A stretch of 64,000 bases of DNA from Armatimonadota bacterium (GCA_046292385.1 JBKBRF010000004.1:64001-128000), one strand, 5' to 3'; counted from the stretch's first letter, positions 9,731 through 21,662 are shown. Made by a program: numbers and translations. The notes: a model not told the origin generated them from the sequence alone.

Positions 9731-10075
9731 CTACTCTTGCACTCTATGAGTGTCCATGACGTCTTTCAGAGCCTCTGGGCTGTCCAGCAATTCAAGACTG
9801 ATTTGCGCCATATGCCTTCCGTAGGGCGGGAGATAGACCTGTAGTTGCTCGATAAGATCGCGCGTCAGATCAATTCCGAGATGATTTGCATGTAGCGCTA
9901 TTCCGAGGGGCAGCTTCCCACAGCTAGGGCTACTGAAGACCGCAGTTGCTAGAGATGGGTGTTGAAGTAAACGTCTAGTGAGACACACCGCCTCATCGAT
10001 GCGACCTCTCTGTAGCAGATCCCATCGTAAGTGATCGGCAAGCGTGTTGATACATAATGCTTCGAGATCCGTCAT
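9731..10075 (-). CDS. Putative immunity protein for orphan Rhs toxin tip 2
   Basis: 114 aa, lower GC, starts 15 nt after the Rhs-CT2 stop. No recognised family. Confidence 0.6.
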   Translation of the reverse strand: MTDLEALCINTLADHLRWDLLQRGRIDEAVCLTRRLLQHPSLATAVFSSPSCGKLPLGIALHANHLGIDLTRDLIEQLQVYLPPYGRHMAQISLELLDSPEALKDVMDTHRVQE

Positions 10076-10090
10076 GGTGGAATAACCGTG

Positions 10091-11134
10091 CTACAAGAAG
10101 AGACTTAAGAGAGTAGCACAAGCCTCCTCAGCTTGCTCCTTGGTTTTCTCTGCTACCTGTGCGTTCTGTACAACGCCACGGATCCTCTGCAGCGCCTCAT
10201 AAACCGGCCTCTGTTGCCCAAGCCACTTCAGCGCCATACTGACATCATCAAATGCATGAAGCTTTCCGATGACTCCGGCCATGAACCCTTCGACTTCGAA
10301 CATCGACACCACTACAGCTCTCCCAGCGAGTGGCGCTCCGCCGCTCGCTAGAATATGAGCGAGCCTTAATTCTAGCTCCTGATACGCAGCCAGGATTTCA
10401 GTTATCGGAACCTGCCCGCTCGGGTCAACTTTTAAGGTTGGGGCGTTGTCCGCGTAAACATACCAATTTGACCCATGTCGAGCCGGATCTTGGCTTACGA
10501 AGCGCCCCGTCACCGGGTCATAGTACCGCGCCCGCATGTAGATGAGACCCGTCTCATCCTCGCTCGGATGTCCCAACTGCCCTACGAACTTGTGCTTCGG
10601 ACCGCTCCCGCCGGTGCTGGCACGCACGGCTCCATACACATCGTACTTCCGCGTCGAGGCGACGTTCCCCGATCCGTCAACGGTTCCGAGGACGGAGCCA
10701 AGGCCATCGTACAGGTACCAGACCGGTGCGTTGCTCCCGTTGCGCTCGTACTCGGGGCCACGGGCACCGTGCAGATAGGTCTTGTCCACGTTGCCGTTCA
10801 GCTTCGTGCGGACCACTGACTGGTCGTCCAGCAGATAGTCCGTCGTGTTCGCGCCCTGGACCGTACGCCGGCGCAGGCCGTCCGCGCCGTAGGTGTGCGT
10901 CGTCGTGGTGCCGTTGTAGACCACCTGCGTCAACCGGTTCTGCCCGTCCCACGTGTTGCTGCGCCCGCCACCGGTCAGCGTGTTGCCGTTCAGGTCGTTG
11001 GTGTAGCTGCCGCCGTTGCGGCTTAGCAGCATGTTCGCGTTGTTGTAGGTGTAGGTGTCGTTCCCGTTCGCGCTGTCGGTCTTCGTGAGCCGGTTGCCCA
11101 TCGGGTCGAACGTGTAACACTGCGTCCCTTGCAC
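10091..11134 (-). CDS. Orphan Rhs core fragment + variable C-terminal toxin domain (CT2)
   Basis: YD-like repeats, core motif GHPSEDETGLIYMRARYYDPVTGRFVSQDP, PTLKVDPSG cleavage-type motif, then an unrelated tip of about 106 aa. Confidence 0.85.
   Translation of the reverse strand: MQGTQCYTFDPMGNRLTKTDSANGNDTYTYNNANMLLSRNGGSYTNDLNGNTLTGGGRSNTWDGQNRLTQVVYNGTTTTHTYGADGLRRRTVQGANTTDYLLDDQSVVRTKLNGNVDKTYLHGARGPEYERNGSNAPVWYLYDGLGSVLGTVDGSGNVASTRKYDVYGAVRASTGGSGPKHKFVGQLGHPSEDETGLIYMRARYYDPVTGRFVSQDPARHGSNWYVYADNAPTLKVDPSGQVPITEILAAYQELELRLAHILASGGAPLAGRAVVVSMFEVEGFMAGVIGKLHAFDDVSMALKWLGQQRPVYEALQRIRGVVQNAQVAEKTKEQAEEACATLLSLFL
10776..11116. repeat. 341-bp direct repeat of Rhs core, copy 1 (copy 2 at 12436-12776)
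   Basis: Identical by eye to 12436-12776 at offset 1660. A second identical block, 10518-10582 vs 12178-12242, has the same offset. Confidence 0.9.
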
Positions 11135-11229
11135 CCTCTACTACCCTCTGAACCTGCTATGACTGCCGGTTTTCCGGTTCAACCAGGTGCAGTTCTTCTC
11201 GCGATGCGATTCGGATCCTATAGAAGTGC

Positions 11230-11715
11230 CTATTTGCCTCGGCCTCTCCGTCCTTTGGGGGAACTCGAACGTTGAATCTCTGCCTGCTGAATGCAGCCAC
11301 GGATGTCAAAGGGATCAGGACAGCCGGTGAACTCTTTGAGACGAATCATCCCGCAATCGCCGCGATCAATCCTCCAGGTAAACGGCTCGATGAACACTGT
11401 GCGTCCGTGTTGACGAGTCAACACGCGGTTGACTGGCTCAAAGGGAAGAGGGATCCGTCCATCTAGTATTTCCATACCCACTGTGGTGCGGAGGGTGTCG
11501 CGCAAAAAGGTCAGCTCCTCCGGGGTCAGGAGTTCCTTCACCACCTGTTCCGCCTGAAGTCGCTCATCTACGCTCAACAAACCGTAGTTCCGAATCAAGT
11601 GAGAATAGGCTGCGGTTGGAAGACCCCTGCCGAACCGAAACCAACTAACCAGTGCAGGGGCTTCTCCGGCCTGAATGAGTAATCCGGTGGGGCTGAACAA
11701 CGTTGTCGAGATCAT
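11230..11715 (-). CDS. Putative immunity protein for Rhs toxin tip 1
   Basis: ATG at 11715 overlaps the Rhs stop (ATGA). Lower GC, about 161 aa, no recognised family. Confidence 0.6.
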   Translation of the reverse strand: MISTTLFSPTGLLIQAGEAPALVSWFRFGRGLPTAAYSHLIRNYGLLSVDERLQAEQVVKELLTPEELTFLRDTLRTTVGMEILDGRIPLPFEPVNRVLTRQHGRTVFIEPFTWRIDRGDCGMIRLKEFTGCPDPFDIRGCIQQAEIQRSSSPKGRRGRGK

Positions 11716-13418
11716 AGCAGCCAGTACACCCATCCGATCGGTCCGTTGGACTGGGCTATAGCTGCTGTTCCCCCCATGGCCTCGATGAAGCCAGCCAGTT
11801 TCACCATTAGCGCCTCACCTTCTGCTGATCCGGCAATTCCACCGATGTTGATCTGCTGAATGCCCTGCCCTCGAGCCCAAGCTCTAATTACGGTGAACAT
11901 GGTCCGAAACCCAATGCGTCCTGTAGACGCCGCGCGAATCGTGTGAACCTCCCATATCACTGCATCCCCCACTCGGACACCAGATACCGACAACTCCGCA
12001 AGTCCGGGAATTGTCGTGCCCTCTATAGACACGGCTCCATTCATTCCCGTAGTGATGGATGGGATAGATTCCTTTCCGGTTCGATCGTAGTAAGTAATCG
12101 GGTTGGGGGTTGCGTACGTGAACCAGTTGGTACCATGTCGAGCCGGGTCCTCGCTTGCAAATCCACCCGTCACCGGATCATAGTACCGCGCCCGCATGTA
12201 GATGAGACCCGTCTCATCCTCGCTCGGATGTCCCAACTGCCCCACGAACTTGTGCTTGCTCCCGTTGCTGCCGGTGAAGCTCCGCACGACGCCGTACACA
12301 TCATACTTGCGCATGCTCGTGAAGGTGCCGCTGCTGTCGGTAATGCCAAGCACGCTACCGAGACCGTCGTAGACATACCAACCCGGCGAATTGGTACCGG
12401 TGCGCTCGTACTCCGGACCGCGGGCTCCATGGAGGTAGGTCTTGTCCACGTTGCCGTTCAGCTTCGTGCGGACCACTGACTGGTCGTCCAGCAGATAGTC
12501 CGTCGTGTTCGCGCCCTGGACCGTACGCCGGCGCAGGCCGTCCGCGCCGTAGGTGTGCGTCGTCGTGGTGCCGTTGTAGACCACCTGCGTCAACCGGTTC
12601 TGCCCGTCCCACGTGTTGCTGCGCCCGCCACCGGTCAGCGTGTTGCCGTTCAGGTCGTTGGTGTAGCTGCCGCCGTTGCGGCTTAGCAGCATGTTCGCGT
12701 TGTTGTAGGTGTAGGTGTCGTTCCCGTTCGCGCTGTCGGTCTTCGTGAGCCGGTTGCCCATCGGGTCGAACGTGTACCCCTGCGTCTGGCCGTCGCCGTA
12801 GTTCACGCTGGTGAGCCGGGAGAGGGCGTCGTAGCCGTACTGCTCCGTGCGGATCACGCCGTTCTGGTCGGAGAGCTGGTTCGTCAGCCGGTTCCCCGCG
12901 TGGTCGTAGGTGTAGTCGTTCTGCACCAGCACGCTACTCTGCGCGTAGCCGTACTGGTTTAGCCAGTTCCAGGTGTTCTTCACCTGCCGCGTCCAGCCGT
13001 GTCCGAAGCCGCTCTGGTTCACGTCGAAGTAGTATCGGCAGTCCTGGTACGACGTGAGCGTCCCGCCGCTGTTGAACGCCTGGTTGGTGCGCGCCAGGTG
13101 CAGCCGGCCGAAGTGATCGAAGTAGTAGTTGCAGATTCGGCCCTGGTCGTCGGTCACCTTCTCCAGGATGCGGCCCAGGCTGTTCGGATCGTCCCGCGGC
13201 ATGGCGGCGGTGTACGGCTGGTAGGTGTAGGTCCAGGTGGCGCTACCCGGCAGCGTCATGGTGAGCCGCTGGCCGGAGATCCCGTAGGTGTAGCCGACCG
13301 CACCCGTCACCGGGTCGGTCACGCTGCTCACGCGGTCGCTCCCGCTCTCGTAGGCGAGGGTGGTGGTACCGCGGCCGTCGGTCACCTGCTCGGTGAAGCC
13401 GTCTCGTCCGATCAGCAC
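11712..13418 (-). CDS. N-terminally truncated Rhs/YD-repeat protein with variable C-terminal toxin domain (CT1)
   Basis: YD repeats (YTYDHAGNRL, YGYDALSRL, FDPMGNRL), core GLIYMRARYYDP, NPITYYDRTG motif and a tip of about 119 aa. Begins abruptly mid-repeat. Confidence 0.88.
   Translation of the reverse strand: MLIGRDGFTEQVTDGRGTTTLAYESGSDRVSSVTDPVTGAVGYTYGISGQRLTMTLPGSATWTYTYQPYTAAMPRDDPNSLGRILEKVTDDQGRICNYYFDHFGRLHLARTNQAFNSGGTLTSYQDCRYYFDVNQSGFGHGWTRQVKNTWNWLNQYGYAQSSVLVQNDYTYDHAGNRLTNQLSDQNGVIRTEQYGYDALSRLTSVNYGDGQTQGYTFDPMGNRLTKTDSANGNDTYTYNNANMLLSRNGGSYTNDLNGNTLTGGGRSNTWDGQNRLTQVVYNGTTTTHTYGADGLRRRTVQGANTTDYLLDDQSVVRTKLNGNVDKTYLHGARGPEYERTGTNSPGWYVYDGLGSVLGITDSSGTFTSMRKYDVYGVVRSFTGSNGSKHKFVGQLGHPSEDETGLIYMRARYYDPVTGGFASEDPARHGTNWFTYATPNPITYYDRTGKESIPSITTGMNGAVSIEGTTIPGLAELSVSGVRVGDAVIWEVHTIRAASTGRIGFRTMFTVIRAWARGQGIQQINIGGIAGSAEGEALMVKLAGFIEAMGGTAAIAQSNGPIGWVYWLL
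12436..12776. repeat. 341-bp direct repeat of Rhs core, copy 2
   Basis: Identical by eye to 10776-11116. Confidence 0.9.
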
Positions 13419-13429
13419 CGCCGCTAATT

Positions 13430-13465
13430 ACCAGAGCGCCAGCGCCACGCCGCCCCATCTCCAGC
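13430..13465. repeat. Right copy of 36-bp direct repeat; remnant 3' end (WRWGGVALALW*) of a C39-like gene
   Basis: accagagcgccagcgccacgccgccccatctccagc matches 8409-8444 with one mismatch. Confidence 0.85.
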
Positions 13466-13564
13466 ACCGCCTGCGTCGGGTTGCCCGGTCCCCGCGAGGG
13501 CAGCTTCGCCGGTGAGAAGCATCGCGCTGGCCGGTCGTCCGCCGGGCGGGGAAGTGCCGTCTCG

Positions 13565-17080
<3,516 letters not shown>

Positions 17081-17126
17081 GGAGGTGAGTTCCAACGTGA
17101 AGAGTGCCTATCCGCAGCAATGGCTA

Positions 17127-17960
17127 CTACTGCAATGTTCGGTCGCTTGCCACGGGGAGCACGTACTCCGCCGCAGAGCTCAGCGCCGCTCGCTCCAGGG
17201 GCTCCGGCAGCGGCTGCTCGCGGAACCGGATTCCCGCCGCCGCGAAGCCGCTCAACAGCGCCGCGGCGGCAGCATCGGGGTGGGGGGGAGCGCCCAGAAG
17301 GTCGGCCAGGGTGACCAGGCGGCCCGGCTCGCCGAACAGCGCGCTCCAGGCGCCGCGGTCGGCGTCCAGGAGCAGGCTGCCGTGCTGCAGCAGCGCGCCG
17401 TCTCGCCGCACCTGGGCGCTGCCGACCAGCTTGCCCTCCGGCACCAGCGTGTCGCACTCTCCCGGCAGCGCGAAGCAGTTCGCCGCGCGGGCGCGGCCTC
17501 CGCACGTGCCGGGGGCGGGGCTCTCCGCCGCGGCACTGCCCAGCAGCCGGCGCAGCCCGGCGTTGAGGCAGCCCACCAACACGGCATAGCTGGTGCGCAC
17601 GCCCGCGTTCTGCAGCACCGAGGGGGGCAGAACGAGGCTGTAGGTCAGCTCCCGGTCATGGAGCACCGCGCGGCCGCCGGTGGGGCGGCGCACCAGCTCC
17701 CACCCCCGCGCCGAGGCTGCCGCCAGCGCGATGCCGTCCGGCCTCTGGAAGCGACCGAGCGAGACCGCCGGCGGCGACCAGCCGTAGAAGCGGAGCGTGG
17801 GCGGAATCGCCTCGGCGGCGGCGGCGGAGAGCAGCGCCGCGTCGAGCGCCATGTTGTAGGCGCCGGCGGCGTGGTCGGTACGCAGCACTTCCCACCGCAC
17901 GGCGCAGAGCCGCTCGCGCAGCGCCGCCGCGGGATCAGTGGCCAGAGAGCCCGGCCTCAT
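17127..17960 (-). CDS. Lipoate-protein ligase / octanoyltransferase (LipM/LplA family)
   Basis: NMALDAALL, PTLRFYGWSPPAVSLGRFQ, VRRPTGGRAVLH, KLVGSAQ, LLQHGS. Adjacent to gcvH. Confidence 0.88.
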   Translation of the reverse strand: MRPGSLATDPAAALRERLCAVRWEVLRTDHAAGAYNMALDAALLSAAAAEAIPPTLRFYGWSPPAVSLGRFQRPDGIALAAASARGWELVRRPTGGRAVLHDRELTYSLVLPPSVLQNAGVRTSYAVLVGCLNAGLRRLLGSAAAESPAPGTCGGRARAANCFALPGECDTLVPEGKLVGSAQVRRDGALLQHGSLLLDADRGAWSALFGEPGRLVTLADLLGAPPHPDAAAAALLSGFAAAGIRFREQPLPEPLERAALSSAAEYVLPVASDRTLQ

Positions 17961-18318
17961 AGGTGGCCGCGTCCATCAGGGCGTCGGCTTCGGACGGGTT
18001 GCTCATGCGGAGCACCAGCATCCAGCCGGTGTCGTACGGGGAGTTGTTGATCCCCTCCGGCGCGTCCTGCAGCTCCGTGTTGACCCGCACCACCTCGCCG
18101 GAGAGCGGCGCGTAGAGGTCGGAGACCGCCTTCACCGACTCAACCGTCCCGAACGCGGCGCCGGTCTGAAGCGTGCGGCCGACCGTGGGAAGGTCGAGAT
18201 AGACCACGTCGCCCAGCTCGTGCTGCGCGAAGTCGGTGATGCCGATCGTCGCCTCGTCGCCGTCGACGCGGACCCACTCGTGCGAAGACGTGTACCGTAG
18301 GTTCGTGGGAAAGTTCAT
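17935..18318 (-). CDS. gcvH: Glycine cleavage system H protein
   Basis: LRYTSSHEWVR, IGITDFAQHELGDVVY, lipoyl-Lys motif VESVKAVSDLYAP, INNSPYDTGW. Confidence 0.95.
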   Translation of the reverse strand: MNFPTNLRYTSSHEWVRVDGDEATIGITDFAQHELGDVVYLDLPTVGRTLQTGAAFGTVESVKAVSDLYAPLSGEVVRVNTELQDAPEGINNSPYDTGWMLVLRMSNPSEADALMDAATYEAGLSGH

Positions 18319-18385
18319 GGCAGGTGTGACCGGGTCAATGGCGCCAGGCGCCGGAGCTTTGCGAATTCTATCTCGCCGGAGAGCT

Positions 18386-19090
18386 TTACGCCTCCCCGAG
18401 GTAGGCCTTGCGGACCTCCGGGTTGTGAAGCAGCGACTGCCCGGTATCGGAGAGCACGATCTCGCCCGTCTCCAGCACGTAGCCGCGGTGGGCCGCGGCG
18501 AGCGCCATGTGGGCATTCTGCTCTACCAGCAGGATCGTGGTGCCGGCGGCGTTGATCTCCCGGATAATCTTGAAGATCTCCTGCACCATGAACGGCGCCA
18601 GGCCGAGCGACGGCTCGTCCAGCAGCAGCACCCGGGGCCGGCCCATCAGGGCGCGCCCGATCGCCAGCATCTGCTGCTCTCCGCCGGAGAGCGTGCCGGC
18701 GGACTGCTTTGCGCGCTCCTTCAGCCGGGGAAAGGTCTGGAAGATGCGGTCCATGTCGCTGCGGACCTCGCGATCGGCGCGCGTGTAGGCCCCCATCTCC
18801 AGGTTCTCGGTCACGGAGAGATTGGGGAAGATCCGGCGCCCCTCCGGGACGTGGCAGAGGCCCATCCGGACGATCTTCTCCGGCGCCAGGCGGCTGATCT
18901 CCTGGCCCTCGAAGCGGACGCTCCCCTCGCGCGGACGCAGCAGCGCCGAGACCGTGCGGAGCGTCGTGCTCTTCCCGGCCCCGTTCGCCCCGATGAGCGT
19001 CACCACTTCCCCCGCCTCAACGGAGAGCGTGATCCCCTTCAACGCGTGGATGGCGCCGTAGTAGACGTGTAGGTTGCTGATCTCGAGCAT
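18386..19090 (-). CDS. livF: Branched-chain amino acid ABC transporter ATP-binding protein
   Basis: GANGAGKST, VPEGRRIF, LSGGEQQMLAIGRALM, LLVEQNA. Confidence 0.93.
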   Translation of the reverse strand: MLEISNLHVYYGAIHALKGITLSVEAGEVVTLIGANGAGKSTTLRTVSALLRPREGSVRFEGQEISRLAPEKIVRMGLCHVPEGRRIFPNLSVTENLEMGAYTRADREVRSDMDRIFQTFPRLKERAKQSAGTLSGGEQQMLAIGRALMGRPRVLLLDEPSLGLAPFMVQEIFKIIREINAAGTTILLVEQNAHMALAAAHRGYVLETGEIVLSDTGQSLLHNPEVRKAYLGEA

Positions 19091-19093
19091 GTT

Positions 19094-19212
19094 CTAGGGT
19101 CTAGGGGATAGGGTCCAGGAGTTAGGGGCTGGCGGTGCGGCTTCGCCGCGATTCCATCACTACGGGGCCGAGGGTTCGGACTAGACCCTATACCCTACCC
19201 CCTAGACCCTGG
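19094..19212. repeat. Intergenic element with inverted heptamer arms, (TAGGGTC)n ... (GACCCTA)n
   Basis: ctagggtctaggggatagggtccagg ... ctagaccctataccctaccccctagaccctgg lies between livG and livF. Confidence 0.75.
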
Positions 19213-19217
19213 ATCGA

Positions 19218-19982
19218 TCAGACCGGCTCTCCCAGGTAAGCTTCGATCACCTTCGGGTTGTGGCGGACCTCTTCCGGGGAGCCCTGGGCGATGATCTCGC
19301 CGTAATCGAGCACGTAGATCCGCTCGCAGATGCTCATCACCACCTGCATGTCATGCTCGATCAGCAGGACGGCGACTTCGAACTCGTCGCGCACCCGGCG
19401 GATCAGGTGCATCAACTCGTCCTTCTCCTGCGGGTTCATGCCGGCGGCGGGCTCGTCGAGCAGCAGCACCTTCGGCTGGGTGGCGAGTGCGCGCGCGATC
19501 TCCAGACGCCGCTGCTCCCCATAGGGGAGACCGTTCGACTGCCACTGCGCGAACTTCTCCAGCCCGAACAGCTCCAGCAAGCGGTACGCCCTCTGGGTCA
19601 TCTCGCGCTCGCTGTGGTAGTGTCGCCCCGTGCGCCAGATGTTGTCCCACAGCGTCCCCTGCGTCCGGACGTGGCAGGCGATCCGCACGTTGTCGAGCAC
19701 GGAGAGGTTGGGGAAGAGGCGGATGTTCTGAAACGTGCGCGCGATTCCCCGCTGCGCGATCACGGCCGGGGAACGACCGGCCACGTTCACCCCGCCGAGC
19801 AGCACCTTGCCGGAGGTCGGCTCGTAGACCCCCGTGATCAGGTTGAACACGGTCGTCTTGCCGGCCCCGTTCGGTCCAATCAGGCCGATCAGCGCGTTCT
19901 CCCCCAGCGACAGGGAGACCTCGTTGACCGCCTTCAACCCACCGAAGACCTTGGTGCAGTTCTCGAGCTGGAGTAGGGACAT
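19218..19982 (-). CDS. livG: Branched-chain amino acid ABC transporter ATP-binding protein
   Basis: [43 protein letters not shown]. Confidence 0.93.
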   Translation of the reverse strand: MSLLQLENCTKVFGGLKAVNEVSLSLGENALIGLIGPNGAGKTTVFNLITGVYEPTSGKVLLGGVNVAGRSPAVIAQRGIARTFQNIRLFPNLSVLDNVRIACHVRTQGTLWDNIWRTGRHYHSEREMTQRAYRLLELFGLEKFAQWQSNGLPYGEQRRLEIARALATQPKVLLLDEPAAGMNPQEKDELMHLIRRVRDEFEVAVLLIEHDMQVVMSICERIYVLDYGEIIAQGSPEEVRHNPKVIEAYLGEPV

Positions 19983-19988
19983 TCTTTA

Positions 19989-20070
19989 AAGGCAGAAGGC
20001 AGAAGGCAGAAGGCAGAAGGCAGAAGGCAGAAGGCAGAAGGCAGAAGGCAGAAGGCAGAAGGCAGAAGGC
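19989..20070. repeat. Perfect heptamer microsatellite (GGCAGAA)11
   Basis: 19991-20067 is 11 perfect GGCAGAA units, followed by GGC. Further degenerate units lie at about 20095-20121 after a ccccccgaacgggggg hairpin. Confidence 0.97.
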
Positions 20071-20184
20071 TAAATATTTACCCCCCGAACGGGGGGCAGA
20101 AGGCAGAAGGCTGAAGGCAGAGGTAGGACACGGGTGGATTAGGCAACCGCTCCACTGGGCCGAAGTGCAATGCTCCGAGTTCTG

Positions 20185-20238
20185 AGCCCGCGCAGGCGGG
20201 CTTCGCTTTGTGTAGCCTCGACTTCAGTCCGAGGCGGG
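20185..20238 (+). repeat. REP-like palindromic element with GTAG motif, copy 1
   Basis: agcccgcgcaggcgggct hairpin plus GTAG-cctcgacttcagtccgaggc. A near-identical reverse-complement copy is at 43976-44029. Confidence 0.8.
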
Positions 20239-20273
20239 CGGGCATTCCTCTCGCTGCGATCGGCACCGGCTGA

Positions 20274-21662
20274 TTACCCCACAAAGTCGCGGATCACCTT
20301 TCCCTCCACCGGCCCCAGGTCGAGGCCCAGCAGGTGCGCGAGGGTGGGGGCGACGTCGAGGTTGCGTGCCCGCTCCACGCGCGCGCCGCGCCGGATGCCG
20401 GCGCCGGCTGCCACGCAAATGCCGTCCATCCTGGGATTCGTGTGCAGGTAGCCGTGAGAGCCGGTGGCGCGCTCCTGGCTGACCACTTCCGCCCCGGTTG
20501 TCGCGTTTCCGAACGCGAACCCGTCTTTGGCGGCGAGCACGAAGTCCGGCGCCTGCGGGCTCCGGCTCGGCTGGGGGAGCCCCAGCTCGTCGTAGCCGGA
20601 CGGATCGACGATCCGCTCCACTCCTTCCAGGCCGTTCAGCGCGGCGCGGGTCTTCTCCACCAGCTCCGGCCGGAGGAGCCGGTCGGGGACGTAGACGAGT
20701 GCCACGCCGCCCTCGGAGAGCGACTGCGCCGCGTACTCCAGGCGACCGCCTTCGCCGACCCGGATCAGGCCTGCCTCGCGCAGGCGGACGTTCGGCTGGA
20801 TCTGGCGGGTCACGCGGATGAAGCCGTGGTCCGCGACCACGAAGACCGCCGTCTCGTCCTTCAGCCCGGACTCGCCGACCGCCCGCAGCACGTCTCCGAC
20901 CTGGCGGTCGGCCAGGGCGAGCGCGGTGTAGGCCTCGTTGGTATTGGGGCCGTGCGCGTGCTGGGTACCGTCGGTGTTGAGCAGGTGGAGCAGCAGCACG
21001 TTCGGCCGGTGCTTGCGGATCAGGTGGACGGCGGCGTCGGTCCAGATCTGGTCCCGCGTGACCGAGCCGACCCGGTTCAGCGCGTCCTCGCCCTCGCCCA
21101 GGATCTTGAGCGCGCGCAGCTCCTGGAGAAGCTGCGGCGTGGAGTGGGTGAGCGGCTCCGGGTGGTCCGGGATCGAGAAATCGAGCGTGGCCGCCCCCCG
21201 CGTCACCGGCCAGTTCACCTCCGCGGTGCGGAGACCCGCCACCTTTGCGACGTCGTAAAGGGTCGGCACCCGGCAGAGCTCCTCCTTGGAGCGGCGCGGG
21301 TTGATGGCGTACGGCGTGGGACCGGTGCCGGTCTCGATCAGTCCGTTCGCGAGCACGCCGTGCCGGGCCGGTGTCACGCCGGTTACCAGCGTGGTGTGGT
21401 CCGGCCAGGTGACGGACGGCGTGATCACCGTCAGGCGGTCGGCGCGGGCGCCCTCTTCGGCGAGCCGGCGCAGGTTCGGGAGCGGCAGTCGCGGGTCATC
21501 CAGGTAATCGGCCGCAAAGCCGTCCAGGCTGATCAGCACCACGTGCTTCGCCCGAGCCGGGCCGATCCGCTGGGCGGCAGCGTGCCGGCCCAGGAGGGCG
21601 GTGCCGGCAGCGGCGCCGGCGAGCTGAAGCAGGGTTCTTCGGTTCATGGCCTTCGTCCTCAC
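20274..21662 (-). CDS. Tat-exported nucleotide pyrophosphatase/phosphodiesterase (alkaline phosphatase superfamily)
   Basis: NRRTLLQ Tat signal, VVLISLDGF, catalytic Thr in PSVTWPDHTTLVTG, DGTQHAHGP, VADHGF, GSHGY. Start is GTG 21662 (overlapping the livM stop) or ATG 21647. Confidence 0.88.
   Translation of the reverse strand: MRTKAMNRRTLLQLAGAAAGTALLGRHAAAQRIGPARAKHVVLISLDGFAADYLDDPRLPLPNLRRLAEEGARADRLTVITPSVTWPDHTTLVTGVTPARHGVLANGLIETGTGPTPYAINPRRSKEELCRVPTLYDVAKVAGLRTAEVNWPVTRGAATLDFSIPDHPEPLTHSTPQLLQELRALKILGEGEDALNRVGSVTRDQIWTDAAVHLIRKHRPNVLLLHLLNTDGTQHAHGPNTNEAYTALALADRQVGDVLRAVGESGLKDETAVFVVADHGFIRVTRQIQPNVRLREAGLIRVGEGGRLEYAAQSLSEGGVALVYVPDRLLRPELVEKTRAALNGLEGVERIVDPSGYDELGLPQPSRSPQAPDFVLAAKDGFAFGNATTGAEVVSQERATGSHGYLHTNPRMDGICVAAGAGIRRGARVERARNLDVAPTLAHLLGLDLGPVEGKVIRDFVG

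Noticed and set aside
10776..12776. Diversity-generating retroelement template/variable repeat pair
   Set aside because: The long copies are identical rather than differing at adenines, both lie within Rhs cores, and no reverse transcriptase is present.
19989..20070. Possible CRISPR array
   Set aside because: It is a contiguous 7-bp tandem repeat with no spacers, and no cas genes are in the window.
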